A stretch of DNA of 64,000 nucleotides from Hydrolagus affinis. Its lineage: Eukaryota. Location: NCBI GenBank assembly GCA_012026655.1, contig JAAILG010000198.1, forward strand, positions 1-64,000. The letters run 5' to 3'. The notes under the pieces are model-generated. The model was not told the origin of the DNA. It was given only the letters and a program-made list of their open reading frames with translations, and made no database searches. This document shows positions 26,075-40,277 of the stretch, piece after piece (the stretch's first letter is position 1; the number at the start of each line of letters is the position of its first letter). A program made the position numbers and the translations under genes.

Positions 26075-26725
26075 TAAGTGATGGCTGCTGAGAGGAGGCG
26101 GGTGCTACCATTATAATACAGCGGCTGATTGCACAATTCTCTCGACAAATTTCTTAGCTCAGTGCAGATTCAGGCTGTGGACCCTGTTTGCGAATCATAC
26201 AGATGGTGAAGGAATGGTAGCAGAAGTCTGCCTTTGTTTGCAGACTATCACAGACTCCTCATCAATGATGCTTCTGATTTTTACTGGCTTTGTAAAGCGC
26301 AAACTGAAATTATTGTCCCGTGCAAAAGCAATGCATCTTCATCAGGCAAATATTTCCCAATGCACTACAGTATGGTGTTACACCGTACCCTTTAATGTAT
26401 GCATTTGATCTGTTTGATGAATTGCAAATTATTAATGCACTTGCAATGACAAAAATGCCCTGTGCTGTGCGCGCGAGTAACAATATATGTTTGGTTATGA
26501 CAGATGATCTAGAATCTATGACACCAAAGGTTTCTCTCTGAGCAAACAGTAATGAATAGGAACATGGCATGTCACATTTTTACTCTATTCAGCATTTTGT
26601 GGTTATTCATAGCAAAAGTAATCCCATTTTATTAAACTCTTAATTATTTATATTTGTGCTCTCGCAGATTTATTAAAACATTAAATAATAATTTGTAAAC
26701 CCTGCGCGGCTAAACCTATAAGGCA
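26075..26725. promoter_or_regulatory. Candidate long conserved non-coding element
   Basis: About 650 bp repeat-free, with retained CpGs, TGATGAATTGCAAATTATTAATGCA (POU/homeobox-like) and CCTTTGTT (Sox-like). Conservation not tested. Confidence 0.35.
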
Positions 26726-27159
26726 AAGAAAATAGGAAGCTATATAAATATTGAACAAAAATATAGAAATCGCATCAAACTACGCTGATGCAGTCCATGA
26801 AAATGTATTCTTATAGCAATTGTGATTCAGAGAGGTGTGGGGGAGGATCACTTATCTGCAATGCACAATGTATCGCTTGACTTGAACCAAATATAGAACA
26901 AGATCCATTCCTTTATGGGTGCTTCCGCCAGGATGATTATTGATGTAAAACGTAGGTAAACTTCAAGTGGGTTGTTTAAATAACAATTTGCCAGAATCAA
27001 ACAATCATGCACTCTGTTTAGCTGAAAAAAATCACTTTAAAGAATCTAGGAACACAGGAAGGCAGGAAGGTTGCTATCCTGGAAGACAAATCAAAAGGGA
27101 ACTTCTTCATCCAAACCTCGTTTGAATCGCAAGTGCTCAAATAAATATCACTTATCAAC

Positions 27160-27270
27160 ATTTTTGCCCATAAAATACACATTTAATTCACTTTATATAC
27201 AGTATATCCCGTGAAGAACTTTGAGACGTCTCGAAGACGTGATCAGGCACTAAATCAAATGCAAGGATTT
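27160..27270 (+). mobile_element. SINE 3' fragment
   Basis: TTTGCCCATAAAATAC...TTGAGACGTCTCGAAGACGTGATCAGGCAC...CAAATGCAAGGATT. Confidence 0.88.
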
Positions 27271-27954
27271 AAAAAAAAATTTACACACTTTTTAGCATTT
27301 TGAATTATTCAATGGTTGATAATGAAGCTGTGAGGGGCAAAATTTCTGAGTTCCAAATTCAGAAATGCAGCAGAATAGATAGGTCCTTGTGCAGAGTTGA
27401 AAAAAGCTGCAGAAAAACTGGCTTCCAAACTAAGACTGAAATTGAGAGTTTTTTTCTTCAACTGTGGATGATCCTACCTGTTAAGACAATGGCCTTCAGA
27501 CTAAGACCTTGCAAGATGTTGATCTTCCGAGCCAGGCAGCAGCAAGAGCCTCCTCCAAAAAGTAACTGTTCAAAATCCGAGTGCTTTCATAACTCCCTTC
27601 GATACTGGACTTGACCAGCACATTTACTCTGTGCGTTGTTTTGTTTTAGTAGAAATTCTACCACAGTATTAAAATTTAAGAGAGACTGAACCTTCCCATC
27701 CCCAATTTCTCCTCCGAGGTATCTAACACCCTCTCTCTAAAGTACTCGGAGACATGATGCTAATAAGAAGGGCGCTATATAAAGCCAAGTTTCAGACAGT
27801 ACCTAATTTTTCCAGGGAGGATCTGGTAACATATTTGAACTCTTTCCAACAAAATTGCGTTCCTGTTAACATAAATAAACAGTATTTAGAGAACGTTATT
27901 TGTCTGTAATATTTATATATTTAGTTCACACTAAACACACATTAGTTCACACTC

Positions 27955-28274
27955 GTGGAGCTCAGTGGTTAGAGCACTCGCCTCACAAGCGAGAGACCTG
28001 GGTTGAATTCCAGGCAAGTCAGGGAGAAACCGCGGGCATGTTAATCCTCACTCCACATGCCTGATAATAATCCCTCAAAAAATATTGGTAATTTTCAATC
28101 CACAACTGTTTGTGGGAAACTGCTGTGCGCTATTGGCAGCCACATTTTGCCCACAAATATACAGGCAATTAATTTACTTTACAGTAAATTCTGTGAAATG
28201 CTTTTGCGCAGCTGGAAGACGTGAAAAGCGCTGAATCAAATGCAAGGATTATTATTATTGCGTTATTATTATTA
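27955..28274 (+). mobile_element. Full-length tRNA-derived SINE (SINE2-1_CM-like)
   Basis: Head GTGGAGCTCAGTGGTTAGAGC (A box) and GGGTTGAATTCC (B box), body TGTTTGTGGGAAACTGCTGTGCG, tail AAATGCAAGG(ATT)n. Confidence 0.95.
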
Positions 28275-29609
28275 CTACATTGACACAGCATTTAAATACC
28301 TTTATTGAAGAAAATCCCAGTGCAAAGAAGACAGAGTAATAACCTCGGCAATTGTCTAGTGAATCCCACATTACTGCAATTACTAACACTCACTTTCGTG
28401 TGCATATGACTTCAATCACGTTCAGATTTGCTGCTATCCTCCTACCTGCCAGAAATGAACAATTTGGCTCTTGCACAATCAGATCATCAAGACCGATGTG
28501 CGGATATGAACTCGATTGACACCAACACTGAGCAGCGACGTCAAGGAAACTGCTCACATTAATTCTGTTTTGCGTAGAACTAGAATGTTGTTCTTTATTT
28601 TAAATGTAATGAAATTCGCTTCCTGTAAAGTCTGCCATTTATCACACCTTCAGGCCTGTTTAACGTACATCCTTCAAATATGTACAATTACAGAAATTAC
28701 CACAATAAAGCATTGGGGGCAACCTCTGCTTAGATGATACACAGAGGATATACATGCACAACAATGTATGGAAAATGCAATTTATAAATGTGAATATCCA
28801 ATGGTTCTAATGTGTTAATTGTCTCCAAGGGATTCTATTTTAATGCACAATTCTGTATATATATTGTGGCTACATAAAACTACCAGGCTAGTATATGATT
28901 ACTGCTGATCTATTGTATATGCAATTCAAAAGGCATATTATGTAATAATATTAATGTAATTGTACTCAATTATAGGGATTGCATAGACTAGTTTAGATTG
29001 TCCATGTTTAGGAGAGTAAGGGGAGCCTTTGCTTGCCATTTTTGGACCGTGTGCACTCATTAAAGTGAGAGGTGAAGACAACACAGGGGAAAGCAATATC
29101 ATCCATTGTGTACACACTGGTGCCATGTGGTACTCTCAGACAATGGCAAGGATCAGATAACAATTCCTATAGATTCCTGACTAAATTATACACAGATAGA
29201 TTACTACAAACAACTGTATTTATCCTACCCTAAATTGTAGTCACTTTTGTGCTCTCTTCTCCATTAGAAACTAAAGTGTGGATGAGCAGGCTCTTTGTCA
29301 ATGACATTTGTTTTTCCTTATCTAAAACCCCCTCTCTGGGTTGTGATCTGAAAGTTAGGACCTGTCATATGTTAATTATTATTGGTGAAAATTAAGCACC
29401 GGTGATAATTGTGCGGATGGATAGGGAACTCAACACGAACGTTATTTTTAAACTTCTCTGTGTGATAATAATGTACTGTGAACAAATTTGATTTGTGGAG
29501 TTATGTAACACACTGTGTCAGTTAGGTTCATCATTTCATTCTATCACTTCCTGGTACTGAGATACTGGTCAGCCAAAACACATCCCCGTAGCAAAGTGTG
29601 TATGTGTGA

Positions 29610-29790
29610 TTTGGTCACTCAATCCACAATTATTTTGTGGGACACTGCTGTGCGTAATTGGCTGCCGCATTTCTCCCTCCAAAATGCACGGTCAATCCAC
29701 TTTACAATATATTTGGTGAAGCGCTTCTTCTTCACATTGTCTGAACAATGTGGTGATGAGGTGTTATATCAAATGCAAAGATTATTATCA
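29610..29790 (+). mobile_element. SINE 3' part
   Basis: TTGGTCACTCAATCCAC...GGGACACTGCTGTGCGTAATTGGCTGCCGC...TATATCAAATGCAAAGATTATT. Confidence 0.9.
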
Positions 29791-32129
29791 TTTAGTTTCG
29801 CACCTCTTGACATTCACTGTTTCAAAGTAATGGAGAGACGCCACTGCAGTATTCAGTTTGCGGAAAAGACTTCTGTGCGTACAGGTAAGAGTATCCTGGA
29901 ATTAAAAATAGCACTCCAATTAGAACAGATAATTAACTCTGAAAAGGGAAAAAAAAAATCTCCTGAGGTGTTTGAATAGAGAGTAATGACAGTTCTTAGT
30001 CTGAATGATTTAGCCCGACATAGGAGAATTGCTGTCTTTGTATCAGAAGATGCTTCTAGTTTCTCCTCCCATTTTGTCTCACCAGGAAACTCATCTCGAT
30101 CACTCACAATCACACTCGTCTATGCACAAGATACAAAAAAAAATACAAAGTCATTTATATAATGCATTCCCCCGCTGTGTACAAAATGGTTGGTGGCTTT
30201 GTTCAGAAATCGCTGGCTACTCCTGATGGTTTTTTAACTGTGGCGCATCTTTGTTTTCCCTTCTTGTGCTACAATCCAGAGCTATCAAAGATCGAATATG
30301 TACATTATTTTTTCGCATTTGTGAACCTACTTATGAGGCTCAATGTTCAAATGCTCCTGCTTCGAAACTCGAAAGGCAAGCTTAGCTGGAATTGCACACT
30401 AAGTGGCTTCCATGGCGTATCCCATGGACTAAGGAGAATGATTCTTTAACAATAAAAATGTACTGTATAAATTAGCTCATATTTACCCATATTATTCACA
30501 GGCACTCCTAGCCAAATGTCAAATGCATGTGATCAAATCATTCGATTCTTACAAAAAAGGAAAGGAGGGTGAAATTCTACCAGTCGGTAAGGTTGTAATG
30601 GGGAATATTTACTGATTATGAGTAGAAATATGCACCTTGGCTTTAATACTGAAATCAATTTGATGTCAGAATAATAGTATCTCAAATACTTTTGTGTTTT
30701 GTTTTTAGAAACAATCTGCTGTTTATTGCTGTTTTGAGAGAGATGCAATCAATGCACACTTCTTCATTATTAAACTGTGTCTTACAATCAAACCTCACTT
30801 TAAGTCTGTTTCCCATCACGGTCCTCAATACTTGCCTCAAGGTATTTTCTTCTTTCGGGAAGGAGAGAAGCTGATGTACCGTAATGTCAATGACTCACAA
30901 TGTCATTGCCACTCCATATTCAACAAACAGAAGACACGCGCGCTGCAAGCTAAAAGTTTCAACATTTTCTCCCCCTGAGGTGAGATGTTCTCGCTTCTGG
31001 GAGGTGCCCTTGCCGCTCACCTCAGAACTAATGAACTCAGCGCACATGTGCAAGGTGAATTTAAGTGCAAGCATTTACTGGGTCATGACCTTGAGACCAC
31101 AGCAGTATGAAGTATGGATGAAAAAAAAATACTGTGTCCAATCACATCTTTACCAAGTGCAGGCCAACTCTAACCCATCAATGATTGGTATTCCTTCGCT
31201 CAGCTCAATGGCAAAAGCGAGAGCCTTGTGAAGCTCCAATTTCCATTCCACAATTGAAAAAATCCAAGAGCTTAGTGAGGTTTGGGAGGGCTGAATATTA
31301 CAATGCTCCTGTGTATGTCTTTCATATTTATGGTCTCTAACTGAGACTGAGATTAGCCACAATGTACTTGTACCAGCCGAGTCTGGATGAGGTTAGATTT
31401 CAAGGCCAATAGGCATCATGACCGCAATGTCACTGGCTTGCTGCCAAGACAAATTTACCTTTTTTAATGCTTGAAATTATTGAATTATATTTGATCATCT
31501 CTGATGGGAGCCAACGTATTGACTGAGGATGATTGAATGAAACAAACGTTCATTTTCCATACGCAGAATTGTACACAAATCAAAGTGCAACAATGCGTAT
31601 CTGTTAATCAGCTATTTTCCCCCAAGAAGGCAGTTTTTATGCAAATATTAATTTTAGCAAACGTTGTATGGCTTGTAACTCAATAGGTTCGGTGATCATT
31701 GCATTGTATATGAATGGGATAAATAGGATGTTTCCTCAAGGTACGTGTTTGCTCTCTGAGAGTTTGATAGAGAGCAGCTTGAACTTAACCACAAGACTTA
31801 TGGCTGCGCTCTTGAACTGGTACAGAAAAATAGAATGAAATTAACAAACAGTTTCCAGTTCCTTTGTCCTTTTTTTCATGTGAATGCAAATGAAACATTG
31901 AAGGCCCATTCTGTGGCAGTGGCGATTGACAATTTGCATCTTTGAAAATGCAAACTCTGCAAGCCCACATCCAATTTCTGCCTGTCTTTACTCTAATCAG
32001 ACAAGTCAGATTGTAGATAAGAATATTTTTGACTACAGTATTCCCTTCAAAAGTTCTTTCATGTAGCTATATATTCCCAAATTGCATGTGAATGTTATTA
32101 ATCCAATATAGTTTAAGGAAGTCTAGAGT

Positions 32130-32243
32130 TTGCCTACAAAATGCGTAGTCACTGCACCTTACATTAAATTCTGTGAAGTGCTTTGTGATATGCCCCCAAT
32201 ATGAAAGGTACTACATCAAATTCAAGAATTATTATTATTATTG
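32130..32243 (+). mobile_element. SINE 3' fragment
   Basis: TTTGCCTACAAAAT...CTGTGAAGTGCTTTG...TGAAAGGTACTACATCAAATTCAAGAATTATTATT. Confidence 0.82.
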
Positions 32244-34439
32244 ATATCATTACTATATAAGCTGCAAGCCAGAAGTGAATCATCGGTATATCACAAAAGA
32301 CAACACTGGCCCAGGCAGTACATTAAATACAACACTGATACACTGATCAGTCAATTATTTAGGATCTTGAAGGACTGAGCTACGTGGACGAGCTCTGCAG
32401 AATGAATGGCAATCTGTAGGGGCACATTATGGATTAAATTGCGCATCACATACAAAGGTTCTCACTGTGGGCTGAATTGTGCATTTCATTGAAGATCTCT
32501 ATGGATTAACGAACTGAGGGAGCATCTGTAGGCTGAATAACTTGAACCAAGAAAACCTTCATAAGAAATCACAAGCATTTGAAGAGAGTTGCGTAGATTT
32601 GATTTTTTGATGGTTTGAAATACTGTAAAGACTACAGTATGTAGGAACCCCCCCAAATAATTAGCATTTAGATTGTCTGCTCTGTGAGATACAAGCATGC
32701 GGTGGCGAGCGAGGCTGCGAAAATAGCTGTGTCGTTTCCCTGGACAAGTTGATTCAGAAACTTTAACTTGAGTATCAATAAGATTGTATGCTGTTTATCA
32801 CAGGCAGCTTCACTTTAAAAGTACAGCGCAGCTTCATTCATCTCAAACCCTTGGGACAGTGAGTATTTTTGATATGTGAATATTTTGTGATCTGCCAGTA
32901 TCCATTACCAATGACACAGTTAGTTCTAGGGGAAAAGCAAGAAGAAGGAAAACAGAGGAATTGGAGAGGACAAAAGGAATTCAAATTCAGAGCCGGTCTC
33001 TTTAACATGTTATAGATTATGAAGCTTTTGTAGCCGGGCAAAATTTGGTTACAAACACAAAGCATTGCTGTTTTCCATGTTATATATTTATGCTGCTATA
33101 ATTTCTCAAAGGGGAAAGCCCAGAATGATATATCACAAATAATTTAGCAGGAGGACATGAGTGTTAGCAGAGTTAATTTGAACAGGGTCTAGTAGCTCTG
33201 CCAGTTTCTGAAGATCCATTGGACAAATAGAATATCTTACTGGTTACAAGGAATCGCAAGCATTCTATAAATTGTGTGAAACCCATTATATTTCACATAT
33301 ACGTACAGAGCCAAGGGGCAGTGACTCTCCTGCGCTCACAAAAAGCCAAACTCTCTTTCTTGTTTTCCCACTGTTGCACAATAATGCAGCTACTTTAAGA
33401 CTGTTCTTAGATACACGACACCTCATGAGACCATAGTACGATCCCATGTCAGGGAATGGGGACATGGTCTTTGTGGCTGCCTAGAGAAACTGAGATCAGG
33501 CAACCTGCGATTGTGGTCCACCAATTCAGCTCAAAATAACCAAACTCCCCCAACGTGCAGCTCCTGAAATCTATACCCGGCTGGCGAAATAAATGCCCAA
33601 GTAGGAGAACAAAGAGAAACAGACTGAGCCAATCTAGCAAAAGTCTTGCTTTACAAGGTAAGAATTCCAAGTGTCTCAGGTTCTGTGATCGCACACTATT
33701 CTTGTACCTGTTCGGATTCGCAATGCCATTGAATACTTTCCAAGCACCTGAACAATTATAAACATTCATTCAGAAATGTAACAAACGCACATGGGCATAA
33801 CTTCTCTTTTCATCTACATGTGTAAACAATTGTCCTGTTTTACGTGTACGATGTGTGCGATGGCCCCAGCGATTTGCTGTTTTTAGGTACTAGAGTATTT
33901 GGAGAGTATTTCAGGACAACGAGTGCATTTTCCTGAATGCATGCGACTCAATAGTCAGAAAATACCCTCTTCTGCACTACTGGAAACAATGTGACTTTGC
34001 TTCTGGAGTACAGCAATTCGGAACAGGCACCAAGGGTTGAATCTTTTGGTTCCAAATTCACAGGCCAAGGCGTGTGCAATAAAACACTTGTCCAGGACTC
34101 CCCTACCTGGCGCTGAGTGCTGGCTAATATTTAAAAATATTTTTGATCAGATCAGCTGGCAACAACTTAAGAACAGTGCGATAGACCACACAGGAACGCA
34201 GTTCAGAAGTCATCGAGAGGCATCTCTCCACTTACTGGGAGTGCCTTTTGAGGGCTGTAATATGCGCTCCTAATCTGGGCAATGATTTATCATAAGCAGC
34301 TACATAACTGTTCTTAGGGATAGCTGGCTGACACCAGAAGCTGTCTGGGTTGGGATTCTTTTTCCACACCACTTAGGTCCACTGTCTGGTAAGATAAAAA
34401 TGGATTGCCCTGTCTCCTGATCAAAGACAAGAGTCACCA

Positions 34440-34570
34440 GTGCATTTAAGAGAAAGCTTGATGCATAAATGCGGAACAATGCGATGGAGGGGTATAGAAT
34501 AGGCTAATAGGAGGGGTGGGGGGCTTGTGTGGAATATAAACACTGGTATAGATAGATGAGTTGGGCTGTT
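34440..34570 (+). mobile_element. CR1 LINE 3' end fragment
   Basis: GCATTTAAGAGAAAGCTTGAT (AFKRKLD)...GAGGGGTAT...GGCTTGTGTGGAATATAAACACTGG...GTTGGGC. Confidence 0.75.
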
Positions 34571-35910
34571 TTGAAGCCATTCGCTCAACCTAATTCTGTG
34601 AAATAGTCATGAACGTTAGTTAACGTGCAAAATGGATGTGTAAAATAAGAAACATGAAGTTAAAAAATAATTCAACTCTGAGTTAATCTGCACCTTTGAC
34701 TTTTCTTCCCCATCCCAACCAACCCCACCGCCCACCCCCACCGCTGAGTGTTTGTCATTGTGGATGCTAAATGGAGCAAAAAAAAAGCTCCCCATGAACG
34801 TGACTAATGTTAATTCACAACAAGTGAATTACTCTGCTCCCCAGATCAGACCCAGCGTTCAATTTTATTTCACTGCATCTGCTTGCCATTGATGTGATCC
34901 ATAAAAAAGAGAAAAATTCCAACACATCGTTGATAAATTACTGGTGGCTGCTTCAGCGGCTCACACAAAAGCTTGTATTTCAAAAAGAAAGGGAGAGCTC
35001 TCTTTTAAAAAACCTTAGTTTTCTTATTCCATTAGCTGACCTGTAACATTGCTACTAAAACACTCCCCCAACTATCAGAGAAAAATTGTTCAAACCTTTT
35101 GTTCTGTGAAAATGATAACTCCTGTCTGACTACCTCTGTGTGCAGTTTCCGCCTTACATCTATAATTTACCCGCGATACACCTCACCAGTCAAGACTGTC
35201 ATTTCTTTCCACAGAAGAAAATGAAATCCAGTTTCAGCTCACAGTGGGATCGGCAACTGAATCCTGCTAGAGTAAATTGGTATCAGAAGTCTTCAGATTT
35301 AAAATCTCCATATGCCATTATTTTCATACTACATTATCTCCCTGTATCCCGGAGCCATCAGTTACCTGACCACCATTTAATTCACCCTGTCACGATGAAA
35401 GCCAGCTCAAAGAGAAACCCTCTTCATTTTATTCTTTACGGTAAATCTGCACAGCTCATTTTTTTTTCAAGAGCCTTTCGCTGAGGTTTCATTGTTAAGA
35501 TAGATAGCGCTAGAGTGAAGTAAACAGATGAGTGCGGATAGATGCTTTTAGGGTTCTGAAAAGCAAATTAAAAGCCTATGTCTACCTTATGTAAAAAATT
35601 TATACCTGCAATTTCCTAGCCCTAGTTCACTCCAATTTTGAAGCAATCTCAGTGAAAATACAATGGCTTATATCTAAGGCTTTTATTGTTAAGTGTCAGC
35701 AATTTTTTTTTGTAAACCTGCCTGTTTATTTGGGTGGCCAAGGATACTATTCAACCTTATAGGATTTCATTACTTCTTTATTCTTTGTTATTCTCTCTCC
35801 CATCTTTTTTGGTTTTCCTATGTAAGACTCCACTCTCTGCCTTAAAGTGTCAACGAACAATCTGCTCCCGGCGTCTCACTCCTCTCAGGTCGCTACAATA
35901 CTTCTACTTT

Positions 35911-36023
35911 AATAATAATAATAATCCTCGCATTTGAAACAGCGTCTTTCACATCAGGAGAATGTCTCAAAGCGCTTCACGGGATTTACTGTAAAGTGCT
36001 GACTGTATAGTTGTAGGTAAATG
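35911..36023 (-). mobile_element. SINE 3' fragment
   Basis: (AAT)5CCTCGCATTTGAAACAGCGTCTTTCACATCAGGAGAATGTCTCAAAGCGCTTCAC. Confidence 0.9.
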
Positions 36024-37442
36024 AAGCCTCACTCTTCTCTTTGCAGCAAATCATCAGCTGAAGCCTGGATTGCTGGAAGTTTAACGTCTAACGCAATGTC
36101 CATTTGGTGCCTTCTTTTCGATCTGGTCGAAAACTGTACATCTGGTGATTCACAGCTACCAACCTGTCCACCGCTACCTGGCACTCCACCATTGCTTGTG
36201 CAAACCAAAAGGTGCGTAAATGGCTATCTTATTTACCAGTGCAGAAAGATTATTCTGCTCGGAGGAAATAAACACCCGCTACTGGCAAAACGACACTGAA
36301 ATGAACATATTTGTCACTGAAATTTGCTGCAAGCTGGAAATTAAATGGTATTTCCCTATAAAAAAATTCTATAGGGCCATCCCGTCAGAAAACCCTCGAT
36401 GTTATTAGAACAATTGCTGTAGGATCCTAGAGGATAAATGATAAATCCTATAGGATTTTTACAGCTTAATAGGATACTGCGCAACACAATAGATCTGATT
36501 TAACATTTTTGTCTACACCCTGGTGCTATCTGCTTGGAGGCTGCTGCTCACTGCAAGCCCACTTTAAACAGCACATCAAAATAAAATGAAACAATGTCAT
36601 TCAATGCAAACAGACTGGAATAATCCTGCAATTTGTATCACGATGGGAGGTGGAATTGTTATGTAAAATACATTTACTTGTATTTCAGGCATTTTTAATT
36701 GCCTTTTGGTGCACACAAATAGGGTTTCTGTTTGAATGCTGTATTTTTCTTCTTTTAACACAAGGCGTCCATATTGAAAAGAATATTGGGTAACATGTCT
36801 ATGATGTCTGTCAGTTCCGCATTCTTGGGAACAAAAACATTTTGCTATAATCTTCCGAATTTTACAACACAGTTTATCACTGTTTTTTTTTCCTTTACTT
36901 CCTGTCCAAAATAAGTCTTCCAAACATAAGTGACGCAGGCACTAACTAATACACAATACTAAGCAACAGCCAGTGTAAAAGTACAGCTCAACTGAGGTGT
37001 AAATATTTCCATCAAAAATAAAATGACACATTTTGCTCACTTAAGCAGAATTTTCTCTCTATTATGTTTGTCAAGCCACAGAACATATCACCAACTATGT
37101 TTTATTTTGCAGGTTTTCTTAGACCATATAGTTGAAATTTTTACTATTTTTGCAAACCAATACCAGCTGTAATATCCATTTAAAACATGAATTAATAAAT
37201 CAGGCACCTCTCCTAAATTTTTTTTTAAAAAAGGGAAAAGGTCTGCGTTTGGCATTCCTTTGATCTTTCCACCTTACTGTAGTAAATCATAAAGTATCCT
37301 AAGCAAGGTGCACTTTACCATTGAAAATTACAGCTCATTATTTAGCCATTGCCCTTCCTCCTTTGAAAATAAAAAAAAAGGAAGATGAAAGAAAGAAATA
37401 ACTGAAGAAAACGTGACCCCAAAGCTGCTCTGCAAAGAGAGA

Positions 37443-37475
37443 GAGGAGGGGGGGGGGAGGGGGGGCGGCGGGGGG
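37443..37475 (+). repeat. G-rich tract (potential G-quadruplex)
   Basis: GAGGAG followed by long G runs interrupted by A and CGGC. Confidence 0.7.
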
Positions 37476-39408
37476 AAATACACAGTCCACAGTCTCAAGC
37501 ACTTCACTCTCATAAAAAAGCATTATATTGTATGCCTTCCATTTTCTAGGAGCAATTTCTAGTTATTCACGAAAGCCTGTGCATCAATAGGAGAGCTATA
37601 TTGCTTTTTGCGGAATTAAGTGTTCAAATGCAATTACAACATGTTCCTGATCCTAACTATTCAGAAATCTCTTGTTCTTATTTGCAAACAAAATGGGACT
37701 TTTTAGTGGTTCTGATGTGTCTGCATGCAATTAACTGTAGGCCAGCATTGCCTTATTTCTCTATGATGACTGGAATGACATTATATGCCAGGGCTTGTTT
37801 GCAGTGTAATGACAAGTAACAGGGGACCGAGATCTCCTAGGCAACAGCCTGAGCTCAATACATCATACCTCGTTACAGCAGTCAAGCGGGGGACATTTGG
37901 TCAAAAATTAATATATCAAAAAAATTGTCCTGTATTTGTTATGGAGCACTGATAACCGACCAAAACCCTAGCATTCTTAATTTAACACAGAAGCTGGCTG
38001 GCAGTGTAAATTACTGCTCTGTGACCCAGGTTCCAGTGTGTCTGCATACCAGCGTTAGCCTGATTTAAGGACTAATAAAAACCACAATTTAGAACATTTT
38101 AATTTTGATGTTTTTGTAGATTTGATAAATTTAGTCTCTCCGCTTGATGTTGAAAGAGCAATTATATATTCATTTGTGTGTGCGTTTTTTCTAAAAAGAA
38201 TGTTATTTTCAGGATTGACTGCGTTCTTCGGTAGTGTTGTTCAATGCACATTCGGCTGAGGATTACGAGTAGTTAAGAACAATGAATAAACCCCAAACCC
38301 CAAACCTAGCCCTCCGATACACTCATGAAGCCAATATGTAAAGATCTGAAAGCTAATGGCAAGAGTGAACTTAAATGTTTAACTTTATTATAGGGTCTTA
38401 GCACAGCAGTATCTATTTCAGTGCAGAGCCTGAAATCATGCTTAACTAGGCACTCATTTGCTAAAGCCTGTGATAAATGCAAAATTTTCCACATACCAAC
38501 CAAAGAAAACATCTGACTAACCAGTTACCTATCAGTATAATCCTTTACTTTAATTTACATTCTAATTACCAGTTGATAACATGTTCATAAAATTAGTAGA
38601 CCATACACAATTTAATTTTATTTGAAAGTTAAATTTATGTTTTGAATTCAAATAATAGCTCTGTGGGTCTCAGTAAATGACAAGGATGTGATTTAATGTC
38701 AAAGATTGTTGGGGGAAAAAAGAACAGGTTTACACATGTACCAACATATACTTTGCACCGTTCTTCTATTTAGTGGCAAAAAAAGTCTCACATCACATTC
38801 CTGTTTTGTTCAAACGGGTATTATTATCACCATTACTATTATTATCACAAATCTCTAGAAAAATGTAATTCGCATTCTCTGGAATTCATGTTGTAAGACA
38901 TCTCTTAACCTGCCCTATGCACCCCTGAAGGATTGGAACCACTGTGAATGGCACTTGCGGGGATAATGCTGAGATATTTTGTTCACCTAAAACATATACG
39001 TACAGTGTAATGTGCGCACTTAAGATTAATGTTCAAACAATGCATAAGCACAATGCACTTTGGATATTCCATTTCCTTCCACTATTTCTGTCAATACGCT
39101 AATGGTATGGATTTACATTTTACTGTAATGTACCTAATATCTACAGTTGCTGAATTGTATCTGTGTAACCAAGCCAGTCAGATTCATTCATGTACGTATT
39201 GTATAGACTTTCTGCTCTTCAATTTTACTTCTTTTTCTATATTTTGTGCATGTGTTTTCTATTATATTGCATTGATTTTCCAGATAATAGGAATTGTCTG
39301 TCTTCCATAAATTTCCTTATATCCCCTATAGGAACTGCGCGATACAACGCATAAACTTCAGCCAGTTGGGATTTTTTTTCTCTCTCTCTGTGAAAGGATT
39401 TCTCTCCT

Positions 39409-39460
39409 TCCCCCCCCCACCACCATTCCTGCTCCCCCCCACCCCCCCCCCACCACCCCA
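39409..39460 (-). repeat. C-rich tract (G4 potential on the minus strand)
   Basis: Several C7-C10 runs separated by A, CA or short linkers. Confidence 0.7.
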
Positions 39461-40153
39461 CTTTTGCTTTTAAGATGATTTTGACTTGGTGCAGATGTGC
39501 GCTCAGTCCTCTGGGGTCTGAGACTGCCAAAACGTAACTCATATAAAGCTGTACTGGAACATTTTTTTACCTATACTTTAAATAAAAATACTTTTTATCA
39601 TATTATAAAGCAGAGCTCAAGGTTAAAGGTTCGGAACAATAGTTCAGCTTCTCTTGTGCTGTATTATATAAAATCCCCCAATAGTCCAGCTGTCTATACT
39701 TTGATTCTTTAATATTTTGGGGTTAAATAAGAATAGCATTGAACATTCTTTTTCTTGAAAAAAAACATTCTTATAATGCACATCACCTTAGTGAACATGG
39801 TTACAGTAGCATTTGTCAAACCTGCAATAATTAAATCTTCATTCATCTCACCTTTTCCCATAAGTATATTTTTTTAATTCAAGGCCAAACTGTTCAGTAA
39901 AGCATTCCTGCCATAATTTCATTTTTAAACAGTTTTATTCAATGTGGGCATATCACTATTCTTCCCTTACACGTGAGAGGAGCATTGCAGCACTCAACCA
40001 CCAAAACTTTCAAGTTAATCACCTTGTCGTAGAACTGGCACACATACTAATGTATCAATTTTATTTCCTAAGCTTCAACCTCCAGAAACCAAACTCAATG
40101 CAGATTAAAGAAGAGCAGGTGGCTGTGCATTTGCTTCATACAAATAAGTTTGA

Positions 40154-40277
40154 AACAACAACAAAATTACATTTGTATAATGGCTTTCATGTCAGGAGGA
40201 TGTCCGAAGGCGCTGGGGACGTCCTCCGATGTGAAAAGCGCTGTACACATGTAATTTTGTTGTTGTTGCTGTTGTTG
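40154..40277. mobile_element. Palindromic fusion of two L2-like 3' tails, tails outward, almost no spacer
   Basis: AACAACAACAAAATTACATTTGTATAATGGCTTTCATGTCAGGAGGATGTCCGAAGGCGCT is joined to GGGGACGTCCTCCGATGTGAAAAGCGCTGTACACATGTAATTTTGTTGTTGTTG. Confidence 0.88.

Noticed and set aside
27955-28020. tRNA-like sequence with A and B boxes
   Set aside because: This is a SINE head with no complete cloverleaf or acceptor stem, and it continues into the SINE body.
29515-29979. 154-aa ORF, the longest in the track
   Set aside because: It largely reads through a SINE (29610-29790) and has no protein-like features.
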